Of a DNA stretch of 39,862 bases, positions 7,771 through 17,348 are shown piece by piece. Source of the stretch: Candidatus Benthicola azotiphorus (lineage in GTDB: Bacteria; Gemmatimonadota; Gemmatimonadetes; Palauibacterales; Palauibacteraceae); contig CANPVW010000255.1 in assembly GCA_947581745.1 (NCBI GenBank), positions 1-39,862 on the forward strand. The letters run 5' to 3'. The translations under genes were made by a program, and so were the position numbers. Each line of letters begins with the position of its first letter. Within the stretch, counting starts at the first letter, position 1. The notes under the pieces were generated by a model. The model ran no database searches. It had not been told where the DNA came from and saw nothing but the letters and a program-made list of their open reading frames with translations.

Positions 7771-9912
7771 CTAGAGTGGCATCCTCCAGGCCGGGTTGAC
7801 GGAGACGATCCACTCCCATTCCCCGTCGTCCAGGCCCCGGACCGCGTCCACCCGTATGACGTCCCACAGCAGGGCGACGCCGGCGCCGACGGAGGGCCGC
7901 ACACCTGCGGAATTCTCGACGCCGAAATGGTCGGCCGCCTCGCGGGAGACCGTGGTGATCTCGCTCCACCCCAGGGCGCCGAGCACCCTGGCGCGAAGCC
8001 ACGGCGCGGCCACGTTGCGCGACACGGCGGCCAGGGCGAAGAACGCCTGGTCACCCCCCCAGGGCCGGAACCCGTAGCCCGGCACCGTTCCTCTCCCGCC
8101 AAGCAGGATCAGGCGCTGCTCGGGCAGCGTGCCTGTCGCGAGGGCGACGGCTCCCGAGGCTTCCCACTGCCAGACCGCGTCCGGATCCGGGGGCGTGGCC
8201 TGCACGGAAGCGGTCCAGCGCGTATATCCGAAGTCACCGCCCGACGCGAGCTGCGAACGGAACGCGACGCTCCACACCGCGGCGAGGGCGGAGCCGAAAT
8301 GACGGTTGAGGCTCAGGTCGAGGTGCGGGTCCGTCCCGTCCGAGATCGGACGGACGGGTCGGGGCTCGGCGGATCCGATCGTGCCGGCCACGAGCTCGGC
8401 CGATCGCTGCCGTTCCCACACGGCCGTAACGGTGCCCGTCCACGATCCGAGCGGGCTGGAGACGGATAGAGCGGCGCCGTCCCGGAAGTAGGGATCGACG
8501 TAATCGTCGCCCTCGAGCGCGGCGCCGAAGGTGGAGATGATCCCGGCGGCGGCCGGGAACGGTCCGATGTCGGTGTGTCTCTCGGCGTATCCGCCCAGCC
8601 GCAGGGTCAGCTGTCCCACTCCCTGCCGAAGCTCGAACGCCGCCTCGGGCTTCTCCCGCGCGAACGCGTAGCCGGCCCACCCGTACAGACTCGTCCGCCC
8701 GGCGGCGCGCCACGCGGCTCCGCCGCCCAGCAGGAAGCCTTCCGCACGCCGATAGCGCACGCCCGAGGAGAGGTCCGGGAGGAAGAAACGGAGCCGGGCA
8801 CTCCCACCCAGGTACCGTCCCGCGGCGATCGAGATCGCCTGGCGTCGCACCTTCTCGAACCGTGCTGAGTCCTCCGGCGCGTACTCTCCGGTGATCCTCA
8901 TCTCCTCCCGCTGCCATCCCGCGTAGCGCTCCAGTTCCTTCTGCGGCAGGGCCGCGACGCGGTGATCCCCCCGGAGCCGGTAGTGAAGCTCGGGATCGAG
9001 ATCGTAGCTCAGGATCTCGAAGTTGGACCGGATGGTGGTGGAGAACGGGAGGTCCATCCAGCGGATCTGCCGGCGGATCTCCACCCGCTGGCGCACCGGG
9101 AGCCACCAGCGACGCGACACCCAGCCGTTCTCGAGCTCGAGGCTCACGCTGCTGACCGTCGGGTCGACGTAGGCGGCGGGAGTGAACGAGGCCGCCATGC
9201 GGGCGATGGCCATGGACTCGTAGTCGAGGTCGAGGGTGCCGACGACGCCGGGATCATCCTGGCAGGCCGGCCGGACCTCGATCCGATAGACCTGGGATGT
9301 ATGAGGACCGACCATCACCGCCATGGAATCCACGAGCCGGTACTCGTAGAAGTCCTCAGCGCCCTCCGCGATCGGGTGAAGCACATCCTTCACCTCGTCG
9401 CCCTCCCCGACCTCGATCGCCGGGCCGAAGTTCTCCATCACGAGGCTCAGGTGATCGATGTGGTAGTGAATCCGGGTGGGTGCCCACGTGACGTTGCGGC
9501 GACCGATCAGCGTCTGCAGCGAGCCTCCATCCCTCGACCACTCGAGCTGCAGCGCGATCCGATCCGTCCGGACCGTCTGCTCGCCGCCGAAGTCCCCGAA
9601 GTCCGCCAGGAAGTCGACGTGTCCCTCCGCATAGGCGTCGAACGCGTCGAGCGTGCTGTCGGAGTAAGCCTCCCGGCGCTCGATGACGGCCTCGCGCACG
9701 ATGCGCAGAGCGCGCGGCGCACCCCAGCCATCGGTTCCCGCATCGGAATAGCGACGGCAGGCGGGCGTCGCGTCCTGGGCGCGCGCGACCGAGGCAACAC
9801 CCAGCTGACACGCGCCGACGAGCGCCAGTAGAAACGGCGTGGGCCGGGCGGACCGGATGAACCGCGGCGCGGCGGTCGGCCCGTATCGGAAAAGCGGTTG
9901 TTCGTCTGCCAC
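7771..9912 (-). CDS. Omp85-superfamily outer-membrane beta-barrel protein with a large unrecognised N-terminal region. Start uncertain.
   Basis: The C-terminal part has Omp85/surface-antigen-like motifs: LLGGRGTVPGYGF, and GVRPSVGAGVALLWDVIRVDAVRGL. A signal-like segment (PTPFLLALVGACQLGVASVARAQ) follows the in-frame GTG at 9912. Upstream of 9912 the track ORF is Pro/Arg/Ser-rich and would overlap the next gene. Confidence 0.55.
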   Translation of the reverse strand: MADEQPLFRYGPTAAPRFIRSARPTPFLLALVGACQLGVASVARAQDATPACRRYSDAGTDGWGAPRALRIVREAVIERREAYSDSTLDAFDAYAEGHVDFLADFGDFGGEQTVRTDRIALQLEWSRDGGSLQTLIGRRNVTWAPTRIHYHIDHLSLVMENFGPAIEVGEGDEVKDVLHPIAEGAEDFYEYRLVDSMAVMVGPHTSQVYRIEVRPACQDDPGVVGTLDLDYESMAIARMAASFTPAAYVDPTVSSVSLELENGWVSRRWWLPVRQRVEIRRQIRWMDLPFSTTIRSNFEILSYDLDPELHYRLRGDHRVAALPQKELERYAGWQREEMRITGEYAPEDSARFEKVRRQAISIAAGRYLGGSARLRFFLPDLSSGVRYRRAEGFLLGGGAAWRAAGRTSLYGWAGYAFAREKPEAAFELRQGVGQLTLRLGGYAERHTDIGPFPAAAGIISTFGAALEGDDYVDPYFRDGAALSVSSPLGSWTGTVTAVWERQRSAELVAGTIGSAEPRPVRPISDGTDPHLDLSLNRHFGSALAAVWSVAFRSQLASGGDFGYTRWTASVQATPPDPDAVWQWEASGAVALATGTLPEQRLILLGGRGTVPGYGFRPWGGDQAFFALAAVSRNVAAPWLRARVLGALGWSEITTVSREAADHFGVENSAGVRPSVGAGVALLWDVIRVDAVRGLDDGEWEWIVSVNPAWRMPL

Positions 9913-10003
9913 GGAAGGGAGTACCGGCGAGCGTGGCAGGGGTTTCCTCCTCTCGCCGTTGTCCGCGAGCGCCAGCGCGGCGCAGGGGCCCGCCGAAGGG
10001 GAG

Positions 10004-10381
10004 TCAGCCTTCCGGGAACAGGTCCTCCTGGGGCCCGGGCTCGGCCGCGCCTTCGCGCCCGAGGGCTCCGAGGCGTCGGACCCAGGCATCGACGTCGAAA
10101 CCGCCTTCCCGCTTCAGCATGCGGCGAAGCACGGCAGGCAGGTCGCCCAGCTCCTCGACGAGGGCCTCCACAGCCGCCACGGCCTCCGCCGAACGGGACA
10201 TTTCGTCCACTCCGGCCATCGCGTTGAGGATCGTCTGCTCCGACCGGGAGGCGACGACGGGATCTTCCCGAGTCGCCACGTATACCTCGGTTCGGCGGCC
10301 CGGTCCCCGCCCTTCCTCGATCGGGAGGAGGCCGACGATCTCGTCCGACCGCCAGTACCTGCCGTAACCGAGGTAAATCAT
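10004..10381 (-). CDS. Shortened DUF370/RemA-like domain fused to an unrecognised C-terminal tail of about 70 aa
   Basis: From the ATG at 10381: MIYLGYGRYWRSDEIVGLLP...GRRTEVYVATREDPVVASRSEQTIL. This resembles RemA (INIGFGN..S.NRI..IV.. then GRRTRAV...SDHV.LSAVQPETV) but lacks the central segment. AGGA lies 4 nt upstream of this ATG. Third-position GC drops upstream of it. Confidence 0.4.
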   Translation of the reverse strand: MIYLGYGRYWRSDEIVGLLPIEEGRGPGRRTEVYVATREDPVVASRSEQTILNAMAGVDEMSRSAEAVAAVEALVEELGDLPAVLRRMLKREGGFDVDAWVRRLGALGREGAAEPGPQEDLFPEG

Positions 10382-10429
10382 GCGTCCTGGAACGATGTCC
10401 ACGCCTTCCTCCGGAACGGGTGCATCGTC

Positions 10430-10458
10430 AACTTCCGGGGCTTCGAGGGGAGTGTCAA
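10430..10458 (-). promoter_or_regulatory. Candidate promoter for the RemA-like gene: TTGACA-N17-GAAGTT (minus strand)
   Basis: The reverse complement of 10453-10458 is TTGACA. After a 17-nt spacer, the reverse complement of 10430-10435 is GAAGTT. It lies inside the longer track ORF, which supports the 10381 start. Confidence 0.3.
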
Positions 10459-10631
10459 CCGCGTCTGGACGGTCAGATCGGCACTGCGGCACGGACCTCG
10501 AGACCGGTTCGCACGAAGGCAGGGTATTTGCTGTATGTTGTGAGGTCCCTCGCAGGACCGGTGAGCGCCCGAGACGACTCGTGGAACGGGCCGCCGGCGG
10601 AGATCAGGACATCGAACTGGAGCGGGAACCC

Positions 10632-12935
10632 GTGGCCAAGATCCGGAAGGAAGTGGCGCTCAGCTATCACTCCGAGGGAAGACCGGGAAAGATCCAGGTC
10701 ATCCCCACCAAGCCGTGCGCCACGCAGAGAGACCTGTCGCTCGCGTACACGCCCGGCGTGGCCGAGCCGTGTCGCGAGATCGAACAGGACGTGGAGGCCG
10801 TCTATCGATACACGGCGCGCGGAAACCTCGTCGCCGTGGTGTCCAACGGGACGGCCGTCCTGGGGCTCGGGAACATCGGCCCGGCGGCGTCCAAGCCCGT
10901 CATGGAAGGCAAGGGGGTGCTGTTCAAGCGCTTCGCGGACATCGACGTGTTCGACATCGAGATCGACGCACCCGATCCCGCCGACGTGATCCGGTTCTGC
11001 GAGATGCTGGCCCCGACAGTGGGCGGCATCAATCTGGAGGACATCAAGGCGCCCGAGTGCTTCGAGATCGAGCAGACCCTGAAGGAGCGCCTCGACATCC
11101 CGGTGTTCCACGACGACCAGCACGGAACGGCCATCATTTCCGGCGCCGCGCTGATCAATGCGCTCGAGCTGGTGGGCAAGAAGATCGAGAACGTGAAGGT
11201 CGTGTTCTCGGGTGCGGGCGCCTCCGCGATCGCGACGGCGAACCACTACGTGCGGCTCGGCGCGAATCCGAAGAACCTGTGGTTCGCGGATTCGAAGGGA
11301 ATCATCAGCACGAAGCGGGACAATCTTACCCCTACGAAGGCCATGTATGCGCAGGACACGGACCTCGAGACCCTGGCCGAGGCGGCCGTCGGGGCCGACG
11401 TGCTGGTGGGTCTCAGCGTCGGGGGCATGTTCAAGCCCGAGATGATCGCGTCGATGGCGGACGACCCGATCGTGTTCGCGATGGCGAACCCCGATCCGGA
11501 GATCCTGCCGGAGGACGCTCTGGCGGTGCGTGACGACGTGATCATGGCCACCGGCCGGTCCGATTATCCCAACCAGGTCAACAACGTGCTCGGCTTCCCG
11601 TTCATCTTCCGGGGAGCGCTGGATGTGCACGCCACGAGCATCAACGACGAGATGTTCCTGGCGGCCACGTACGCCCTCGCATCGCTGGCGAAGGAAGACG
11701 TGCCGGAGTCGGTTGCGGCGGCGTACGAGGGCAAGCGCCTGCACTTCGGTCGCGAGTACCTGATCCCGACCCCGTTCGACCACCGGGTCCTGATCTCGGA
11801 GGCGAGCGCGGTGGCCGAGGCGGCGATGCGGACAGGTGTGGCGCGACGCCAGATCGACATCGAGGAATACCGCCACCAGCTGGAGGCCCGGCTGGGGCCG
11901 GCGCGCGAGCTGATGCGCTCGATCATGGACAGGGCGCAGCAGACTCCGAAACGCATCGTTCTCCCGGAGGGAGAGGTAGAGGCGATCGTCCGCGCCTCGC
12001 ACGCGATCGTGGACGAGAAGCTGGGGACGCCGATCCTGCTCGGCGATCCGGAGACGATCAGGGCGATCGCGGAACGCGAGGAAGTGGATCTGACGGGCGT
12101 GGAGCTGCTGGATCCGCGGCGCTTCGGTCGGCTGGAGGAGTATGCCCAGCGCCTGTTCGAGCGCCGCAAGCGCAAGGGAGTCACGCACGACAGCGCTCTG
12201 CGGAAGATGCAGGATCCGCTGTACTTCGGGGCGATGATGGTCGACATGGGCGACGCGGACACGTTGATCGCCGGGGCCAACCTGAGCTACCCGAGCGCGC
12301 TTCGGCCGGCCCTTCATACGATCGGAATGCAGACCGGCGTTAAGAGCGTGGCGGGCCTGTTCATGCTCGTGTTCCAGGACCAGCTGTACTTCTTCGCCGA
12401 CACGACGGTGAGCATCGAGCCTACGGCGGAGGACATGGCGGAGACGGCCATCCTCACCGCCGACTTCGTGAGGCGGCTGTCGGTCAGCCCGCGGGTCGCG
12501 ATGATCTCGTTCTCGAACTTCGGTTCGGCGCGGCACCCCGAGTCGGACAAGGTGAAGCGAGCCGTCGAGATCGTGAAGGACCTGCGGCCCGACATCACGA
12601 TCGACGGCGAGATGCAGGCGGACACGGCGGTGGTGGAGAGCATCCTGAAGAGCCGGTACCCGTTCTCCGACCTCAAGCAGCCGGCCAACGTGCTCGTGTT
12701 CCCGAACCTCACGGCGGCGAACGCCTCCTACAAGCTGCTCAGCCGGCTGGGTGGGGCGACCGCGATCGGACCGGTGCTGCTCGGGATGGCCAAGCCGGTG
12801 CATCTCCTGCAGCGCGGGGCGAGCGTGGAAGACATCACGAACCTGGCCGCGATCAGTGTCGTGGACGCGGCGCACCGCGGTCGGGAAGCCGAGGCTGTGA
12901 AGGAACGCCGCGAGCGGGAGCCCGCAGGGGTCTGA
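10632..12935 (+). CDS. maeB: NADP-dependent malic enzyme with a C-terminal phosphate-acetyltransferase-like domain
   Basis: [28 protein letters not shown] matches the E. coli MaeB N-terminus as I remember it. A GAGASAI dinucleotide-binding motif and a PTA-like C-terminal half are present. A GTG start at 10632 gives 767 aa and places PGKIQV at about the same distance from the start as in E. coli MaeB, whose length I recall as similar. Confidence 0.9.
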   Translation: MAKIRKEVALSYHSEGRPGKIQVIPTKPCATQRDLSLAYTPGVAEPCREIEQDVEAVYRYTARGNLVAVVSNGTAVLGLGNIGPAASKPVMEGKGVLFKRFADIDVFDIEIDAPDPADVIRFCEMLAPTVGGINLEDIKAPECFEIEQTLKERLDIPVFHDDQHGTAIISGAALINALELVGKKIENVKVVFSGAGASAIATANHYVRLGANPKNLWFADSKGIISTKRDNLTPTKAMYAQDTDLETLAEAAVGADVLVGLSVGGMFKPEMIASMADDPIVFAMANPDPEILPEDALAVRDDVIMATGRSDYPNQVNNVLGFPFIFRGALDVHATSINDEMFLAATYALASLAKEDVPESVAAAYEGKRLHFGREYLIPTPFDHRVLISEASAVAEAAMRTGVARRQIDIEEYRHQLEARLGPARELMRSIMDRAQQTPKRIVLPEGEVEAIVRASHAIVDEKLGTPILLGDPETIRAIAEREEVDLTGVELLDPRRFGRLEEYAQRLFERRKRKGVTHDSALRKMQDPLYFGAMMVDMGDADTLIAGANLSYPSALRPALHTIGMQTGVKSVAGLFMLVFQDQLYFFADTTVSIEPTAEDMAETAILTADFVRRLSVSPRVAMISFSNFGSARHPESDKVKRAVEIVKDLRPDITIDGEMQADTAVVESILKSRYPFSDLKQPANVLVFPNLTAANASYKLLSRLGGATAIGPVLLGMAKPVHLLQRGASVEDITNLAAISVVDAAHRGREAEAVKERREREPAGV

Positions 12936-12957
12936 CGGTCCGGGCGACGCCAACCGG

Positions 12958-12990
12958 GCCTCCGGCCGCCGTTTGCGGGCGGCCGGAGGC
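12958..12990 (+). terminator. Strong hairpin after maeB (13-bp GC stem, 7-nt loop). Candidate intrinsic terminator with a weak U-tract.
   Basis: GCCTCCGGCCGCC (12958-12970) pairs with GGCGGCCGGAGGC (12978-12990). It is followed by TCCGCTCATCTTA. Confidence 0.55.
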
Positions 12991-13050
12991 TCCGCTCATC
13001 TTACGGCTCGCTCCCGGCTTTCCGGGACGACACGCCCTGGGAGGAGGCCG

Positions 13051-14385
13051 GTGCAGCACTCCACGAGCACGACCGTGCGGGACCCTCTGTGGCAGAACGT
13101 GCACCTGGACGCCTCCGCCGCCGCGGTCGTCGACACACCCGAGTTCCAGCGCCTGCGCCGCGTCAAGCAGCTGGGCTTCGCCCACCTCGTGTATCCCGGA
13201 GCGGTCCACAACCGGTTCCTGCACGCGGTCGGCGTCTATCATCTGACCGGTCGCGCCATCCGGGCGCTGGATCGAAAGGGCGAGCTGGAGAAGCTGGACG
13301 ACCTCGCCCGACGGACGATTCCCGAGATCGAGCTGGCGGCTCTGCTGCACGACGTCGGTCACTACGCGTTCTCGCACGCGATGGAGGAGCTGGAGCCGGA
13401 TGCCATCCCGGGCCACCACGAGGAGGTGGCGGACCGGTTCCTCGAGTCGTCAGGCATACGCGCGGCGCTCGCGGACCGGGGGACCGGCGCAGCGCAACGC
13501 ATCGGCGACCTGATCCGGGGACGCTCCGGGCACCCGCTGCAGGGACTCGTGTCCGGCTCCCTGGACCTGGACAAGATCGACTACCTGCGCCGGGACAGCC
13601 TGTTCTGCGGCGTCCCGTACGGCGCGGTGGACGTGGACAGGCTGCTCGACTCCCTGACCCTCGCACGGGAATCGGAAGAGGATCCCCTTGAGATCGCGGT
13701 GACGGAAAAGGGGATCTCCGCCCTGGAGTCCCTGATGTTCGCGAAGTACCAGATGTTCAGGAACGTGTACTGGCACCACGCCGTGCGCTCGGCCACCGTC
13801 GCCTTCCGGCGGCTCGTCGAGGGGGCCCTGGAAGGAGGCCTGCTGCGGCGGGAGGACCTCGCGGGCCCCACTGACGAAGAGCTGCTGAACCTGCTCGGCG
13901 CGCGGATGGAGAGTGAGGAGGCGCGTCCCCTCCTCAGGACGCTTCTCTCGGCGCTGGCGGATCGCCGCCTGCCGAAGCGCACGGTCGAGCTGCTGGGAGA
14001 CGAGTTGCCGCAGGGAACGGCCGAGTGGCTGCCGATCCGCAGGGACCTGGTCCGACGGGTGGAAGACCGGCTGGCCGAGGACCGCGGACTGGAGCCCGGG
14101 AGCGTGTTCCTCGACTATCCCGCCAATCCCCGGATGCTGGAGCTCAAGCTGCTCCTCGTGCGGCGCCGGGGCGAGGTGATCCGGCTCACGTCCGAGGGAG
14201 AGGAGGGACTGATCGATCTGCCGCGCCTCGGACGCTCCCTGCATCACACCACCCGCGTGCTGCGCGTGTTCTCGCTCGAGCCCACCGGCAGGTGGGACCC
14301 GGACCCGTTGCTGCGGCTGCTGGCCGCCAGCGAGGACGAGGTGGAGGAGCGACTGGAGACGGGGCGCCCGATCTACTCAGGCTGA
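13051..14385 (+). CDS. HD-domain phosphohydrolase (SAMHD1 / dNTP triphosphohydrolase-like, COG1078-type)
   Basis: Motifs HNRFLHAVGVYHL, LLHDVGHYAFSH and DLDKIDYLRRDSLFCG. The GTG at 13051 is preceded by GAGGAGG. The track start at 12973 lies inside the maeB terminator hairpin. Confidence 0.8.
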   Translation: MQHSTSTTVRDPLWQNVHLDASAAAVVDTPEFQRLRRVKQLGFAHLVYPGAVHNRFLHAVGVYHLTGRAIRALDRKGELEKLDDLARRTIPEIELAALLHDVGHYAFSHAMEELEPDAIPGHHEEVADRFLESSGIRAALADRGTGAAQRIGDLIRGRSGHPLQGLVSGSLDLDKIDYLRRDSLFCGVPYGAVDVDRLLDSLTLARESEEDPLEIAVTEKGISALESLMFAKYQMFRNVYWHHAVRSATVAFRRLVEGALEGGLLRREDLAGPTDEELLNLLGARMESEEARPLLRTLLSALADRRLPKRTVELLGDELPQGTAEWLPIRRDLVRRVEDRLAEDRGLEPGSVFLDYPANPRMLELKLLLVRRRGEVIRLTSEGEEGLIDLPRLGRSLHHTTRVLRVFSLEPTGRWDPDPLLRLLAASEDEVEERLETGRPIYSG

Positions 14386-14386
14386 T

Positions 14387-15157
14387 TCATCGATCGTCGG
14401 CCGTCCAGGCGCCGTCCTCACCGATGCGGGCCAGGAGGACCGAGATGTTGTCGATCCCGCCGGCCAGGTTGGCCTCCCGGACGAGCCGCGAGGCGCAGCG
14501 CTCCAGGTCCTCTTCCTGCTCGATCACCTCGAGCATTAGATCCTCGTCGACCATGTCCGTCAGCCCGTCGGACGCGAGGAGGAAGGCGTCACCGAAACGC
14601 ATCTCGCCGTTGTAGAGGTCGGGCGTGGGGTAGGGCTCCGTGCCCAGGGCGCGGGTGATGATGTTGGACTGAGGGTGGTTTCGGGCTTGCTCCGGCGTGA
14701 TCATGCCACGGTCCACCTGCTCCTGAACCCAGGAGTGGTCGCGGGTGACCTGCCGTATCGCGCCGTCCCGGACGAGGTACGCGCGGCTGTCTCCGATGTG
14801 GCCGATGATGTACCGCCCGTCTTCCCGGAGCAGCAGCACGGTCGCCGTCGTCCCCATCCCGAGCTGGGCGGTATTGCTGGCCGCCTGGCGGAGGATCTCC
14901 CGTCCGGCCTCGACGAAAGCGGTACGAAAACGGTCCTCCGCCTCTTCCAGGGTCATCACGGCGCACACGGCGCACAGCCGCTCGGCGATCCACTCGGACG
15001 CGATGGCGCTCGCTACCTCGCCCGCGGCGTGGCCTCCCATTCCGTCGGCCACCACGAACACGCCCGTTTCCTCGGAACAGTAGACCGAGTCCTCGTTGCT
15101 GCGCCTGACGCGGCCCACGTCGCTCAGGGCGGCACACTTCCAGCGGAAACGTCCCAT
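14387..15157 (-). CDS. PP2C-family Ser/Thr protein phosphatase
   Basis: 256 aa. Motifs SDVGRVRRSNEDS, VVADGMGGHAAGEVAS, LASDGL and GGIDNISVL. Confidence 0.9.
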   Translation of the reverse strand: MGRFRWKCAALSDVGRVRRSNEDSVYCSEETGVFVVADGMGGHAAGEVASAIASEWIAERLCAVCAVMTLEEAEDRFRTAFVEAGREILRQAASNTAQLGMGTTATVLLLREDGRYIIGHIGDSRAYLVRDGAIRQVTRDHSWVQEQVDRGMITPEQARNHPQSNIITRALGTEPYPTPDLYNGEMRFGDAFLLASDGLTDMVDEDLMLEVIEQEEDLERCASRLVREANLAGGIDNISVLLARIGEDGAWTADDR

Positions 15158-15312
15158 GGACCTCTCACGAAATGAACGCGCGCCGTCCCGCCTGCGGCGG
15201 CCGGCCGGCGCCTCACCCTATCTACGGCCGCATGGGCGTCGAAACAAGCGGAAGTCGGCCCCCGGCCTCGTTCGCGCGGCGCCCCCGAAGCCCCCGCCAC
15301 GCGGCTGTCGGT

Positions 15313-15341
15313 TTGACGCTCTCGAAAAGCGTTCTTAGCTT
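15313..15341 (+). promoter_or_regulatory. Candidate promoter for the sigma-factor gene: TTGACG-N17-TAGCTT
   Basis: TTGACG at 15313-15318, a 17-nt spacer containing the small inverted repeat ACGCT..AGCGT, then TAGCTT at 15336-15341. Confidence 0.4.
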
Positions 15342-15352
15342 CCATCTCCCAA

Positions 15353-16255
15353 ATGACCGTGGCTCCACCCGCTCCAGGGAAGATCATGTCGCGCAACGGA
15401 CGATACCACGGGAAGGTCGTGTCTCCCGAAGCGGCGAGCATGGTCGACCTGTACCTGGAGGATCTCAGCCGCTATCCGCTGCTGACGGCGGAGCAGGAGG
15501 ACGAGATCGCGCGCCGCGCGCGGGCCGGCGACCGCGAAGCTTTGACACAGCTCGTTCGAGCCAACCTCCGGTTCGTCGTCTCGGTGGCGAAACGCTACCA
15601 GAACCGGGGTCTCCCGTTCGGCGACCTGGTCCAGGAAGGCAACGTCGGGCTGGTCACCGCGGCCACGAAGTTCGACCCGGACCAGGGCGTGAAGTTCATC
15701 AGCTACGCCGTGTGGTGGATCCGTCAGGCGATCCTCGCAGCGCTGGCACGCCAGAGCCGGTCGGTCCGCCTGCCGTTGAACCGGGCGACGGAGCTGGCCC
15801 GGGTGCTGCGCGTCAGCGAGGGCCTGAAGCAGACGCTGGGTCGCGACCCGACGCCGGCCGAGATAGCGGGCCCCGCCGAGCTCGAGGAAAAGACCGTGCA
15901 GATGCTTCTCGCGCTCAACGTGGCGGAGGTCAGGCTGGACGCGCCGGTGGGCGACGGCGAAGACAGCCAGCTGATCGACCGTTTCCTGGTGGACGAGTCC
16001 GATGTCGAGGAATCGGTGGACGCCACTCTCCTGAAAGAGCACGTGGCTCTGGCGCTGCAGTCCATCCGGCCGCGGGACGCGCGGGTGCTCCGTCTCTACT
16101 ACGGGTTGCAGGGCGAGTCGGAGCACACCCTCGAGCAGATCGGCCAGTTGCTCGGAGTGACACGGGAGAGGGTCCGCCAGTTGCGGGACCGGGCGCTGCA
16201 GGACATTCGAAACAGCGAGTTCGGCAAGGCGCTCGGCACGTTCGCCGCCGCCTGA
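15353..16255 (+). CDS. Sigma-70 family RNA polymerase sigma factor (RpoD/RpoS-like, regions 1.2-4)
   Basis: Motifs DLYLEDLSRYPLLTAEQE, NLRFVVSVAKRY, DLVQEGNVGL, FISYAVWWIRQAI and LEQIGQLLGVTRERVRQL. If the promoter above is real, the ATG at 15386 (MSRNG...) is the more likely start. Confidence 0.88.
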   Translation: MTVAPPAPGKIMSRNGRYHGKVVSPEAASMVDLYLEDLSRYPLLTAEQEDEIARRARAGDREALTQLVRANLRFVVSVAKRYQNRGLPFGDLVQEGNVGLVTAATKFDPDQGVKFISYAVWWIRQAILAALARQSRSVRLPLNRATELARVLRVSEGLKQTLGRDPTPAEIAGPAELEEKTVQMLLALNVAEVRLDAPVGDGEDSQLIDRFLVDESDVEESVDATLLKEHVALALQSIRPRDARVLRLYYGLQGESEHTLEQIGQLLGVTRERVRQLRDRALQDIRNSEFGKALGTFAAA

Positions 16256-16265
16256 GCGACGCGCC

Positions 16266-17348
16266 TCAGCCGGCCGGCGCCTCCGCCCCGTCCGGGGCTC
16301 CCGCGGCCGTCGGAATCCCCAGCAGCTCCAGTGAAGGACAGCGAGCGCTCTCGGTCCACGCGATACCGCGATTCGGGTCGTCACTGTCGACGCTGGCCGC
16401 CAGCCGGCGAACCGCTCCGTCCCACCGCACCACGAAGTCCAGCCGGCCGCCGGGGAGGGGGGCCGAGTTCAACCACGTGAAGATCTCCCGCGACCCCGCC
16501 TCGCCGGAATAGGTCCGCATCTCGGACCAGTCCGCCTCGTAGCCACGCGGACCGAACCGCGCGAGGAAGAAGAGGGACACGGCCGCGCCGCTCGGACCCG
16601 GGCCGGCCAGCGTATCATTGATCAGGTAGGTCGCCGCCATCGCCGGCCTCTCGTCACCGGGCCACGTGAATGCGACCAGGTCCGCCCGTTGCGCCAGGAA
16701 AGGCCTGTCTTCCCCGCCCTGCCGGAGAAGCTGCTCGGCGAGGATCGGTCCGAAGGTGCGCATCCGGTTGTCCACGGCCGCGCCGTCCGCGGACCCGACG
16801 GTGGGAATCGTGAGATTCGGTCCGAGGGCGAAGGACACGGGCGGCACACGGGTTCCCGGAAGCACGAGGGCGCGCGCCGCGGCAGCGGACGGACAACCGG
16901 CATCCATCGCCGGCGTCGGCCCGCCCAGCACCAGGGATCCGATGCGGGAGCCGCCGGAGCCGAGCACGAGCTCCGTGCCTTCGGCCTCGAAGGCCGCCTG
17001 GAAGCGCTCCCGGAAGTTCGTGGTCGGCGCCTCGGGCCAGGCGATGTCCACCGGCAGGCCGTCCTCGAGGCGGGCCACGGGAAGCGCGACCACGTCGCCG
17101 CCCGGGTCCGTGGAACGAACGACCCACAGCAGAGGACCCTCGGGCAGCGGAAGCTCCGCCTGTTCGCCCGCCGTCTCGGCCGCGGCCGACTCTTCCGGCG
17201 GCGGCGAAGGGTCCTCCAGCTCGACGGTGGCGCCGCCCCACTCGACCTCACAGCCACCGGTGAAGGCCGCGAGGCAGGCAATGAGCGCGAGTCGCGCCAA
17301 TCGGCTCCCCGTCGGTAGACCCTGAACCCTCACGCTGTACATTGTCAT
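16266..17348 (-). CDS. Hypothetical lipoprotein
   Basis: Signal peptide with a lipobox (LIACLAAFTGGC). Strong third-position GC bias. No family recognised. An alternative start is the second Met (residue 3), start codon at 17340-17342. Confidence 0.6.
   Translation of the reverse strand: MTMYSVRVQGLPTGSRLARLALIACLAAFTGGCEVEWGGATVELEDPSPPPEESAAAETAGEQAELPLPEGPLLWVVRSTDPGGDVVALPVARLEDGLPVDIAWPEAPTTNFRERFQAAFEAEGTELVLGSGGSRIGSLVLGGPTPAMDAGCPSAAAARALVLPGTRVPPVSFALGPNLTIPTVGSADGAAVDNRMRTFGPILAEQLLRQGGEDRPFLAQRADLVAFTWPGDERPAMAATYLINDTLAGPGPSGAAVSLFFLARFGPRGYEADWSEMRTYSGEAGSREIFTWLNSAPLPGGRLDFVVRWDGAVRRLAASVDSDDPNRGIAWTESARCPSLELLGIPTAAGAPDGAEAPAG

Noticed and set aside
10382-10492. A 37-codon N-terminal extension of the RemA-like ORF (track start at 10492).
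   Set aside because: Codon third positions are A/T-rich there. RemA-family proteins begin right at the beta-strand equivalent to MIYLGYG. A TTGACA-N17-GAAGTT promoter-like element lies inside the extension.
10473-12953. An 826-aa minus-strand ORF.
   Set aside because: It is antisense to maeB, which has clear malic-enzyme and PTA-like motifs. No domains are recognisable in the antisense translation.
12973-13050. The upstream part of the HD-protein ORF (track start at 12973).
   Set aside because: That start codon lies inside the 13-bp-stem terminator hairpin after maeB. The GTG at 13051 has a GAGGAGG Shine-Dalgarno sequence, and the conserved domain begins immediately after it.
13051-14385. 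The HD-domain dNTPase-like protein as an anti-phage dNTP-depletion defence gene.
   Set aside because: Nothing in the context suggests a defence island: no mobile genes, no other defence genes, and housekeeping neighbours. COG1078-type HD hydrolases are common core genes.
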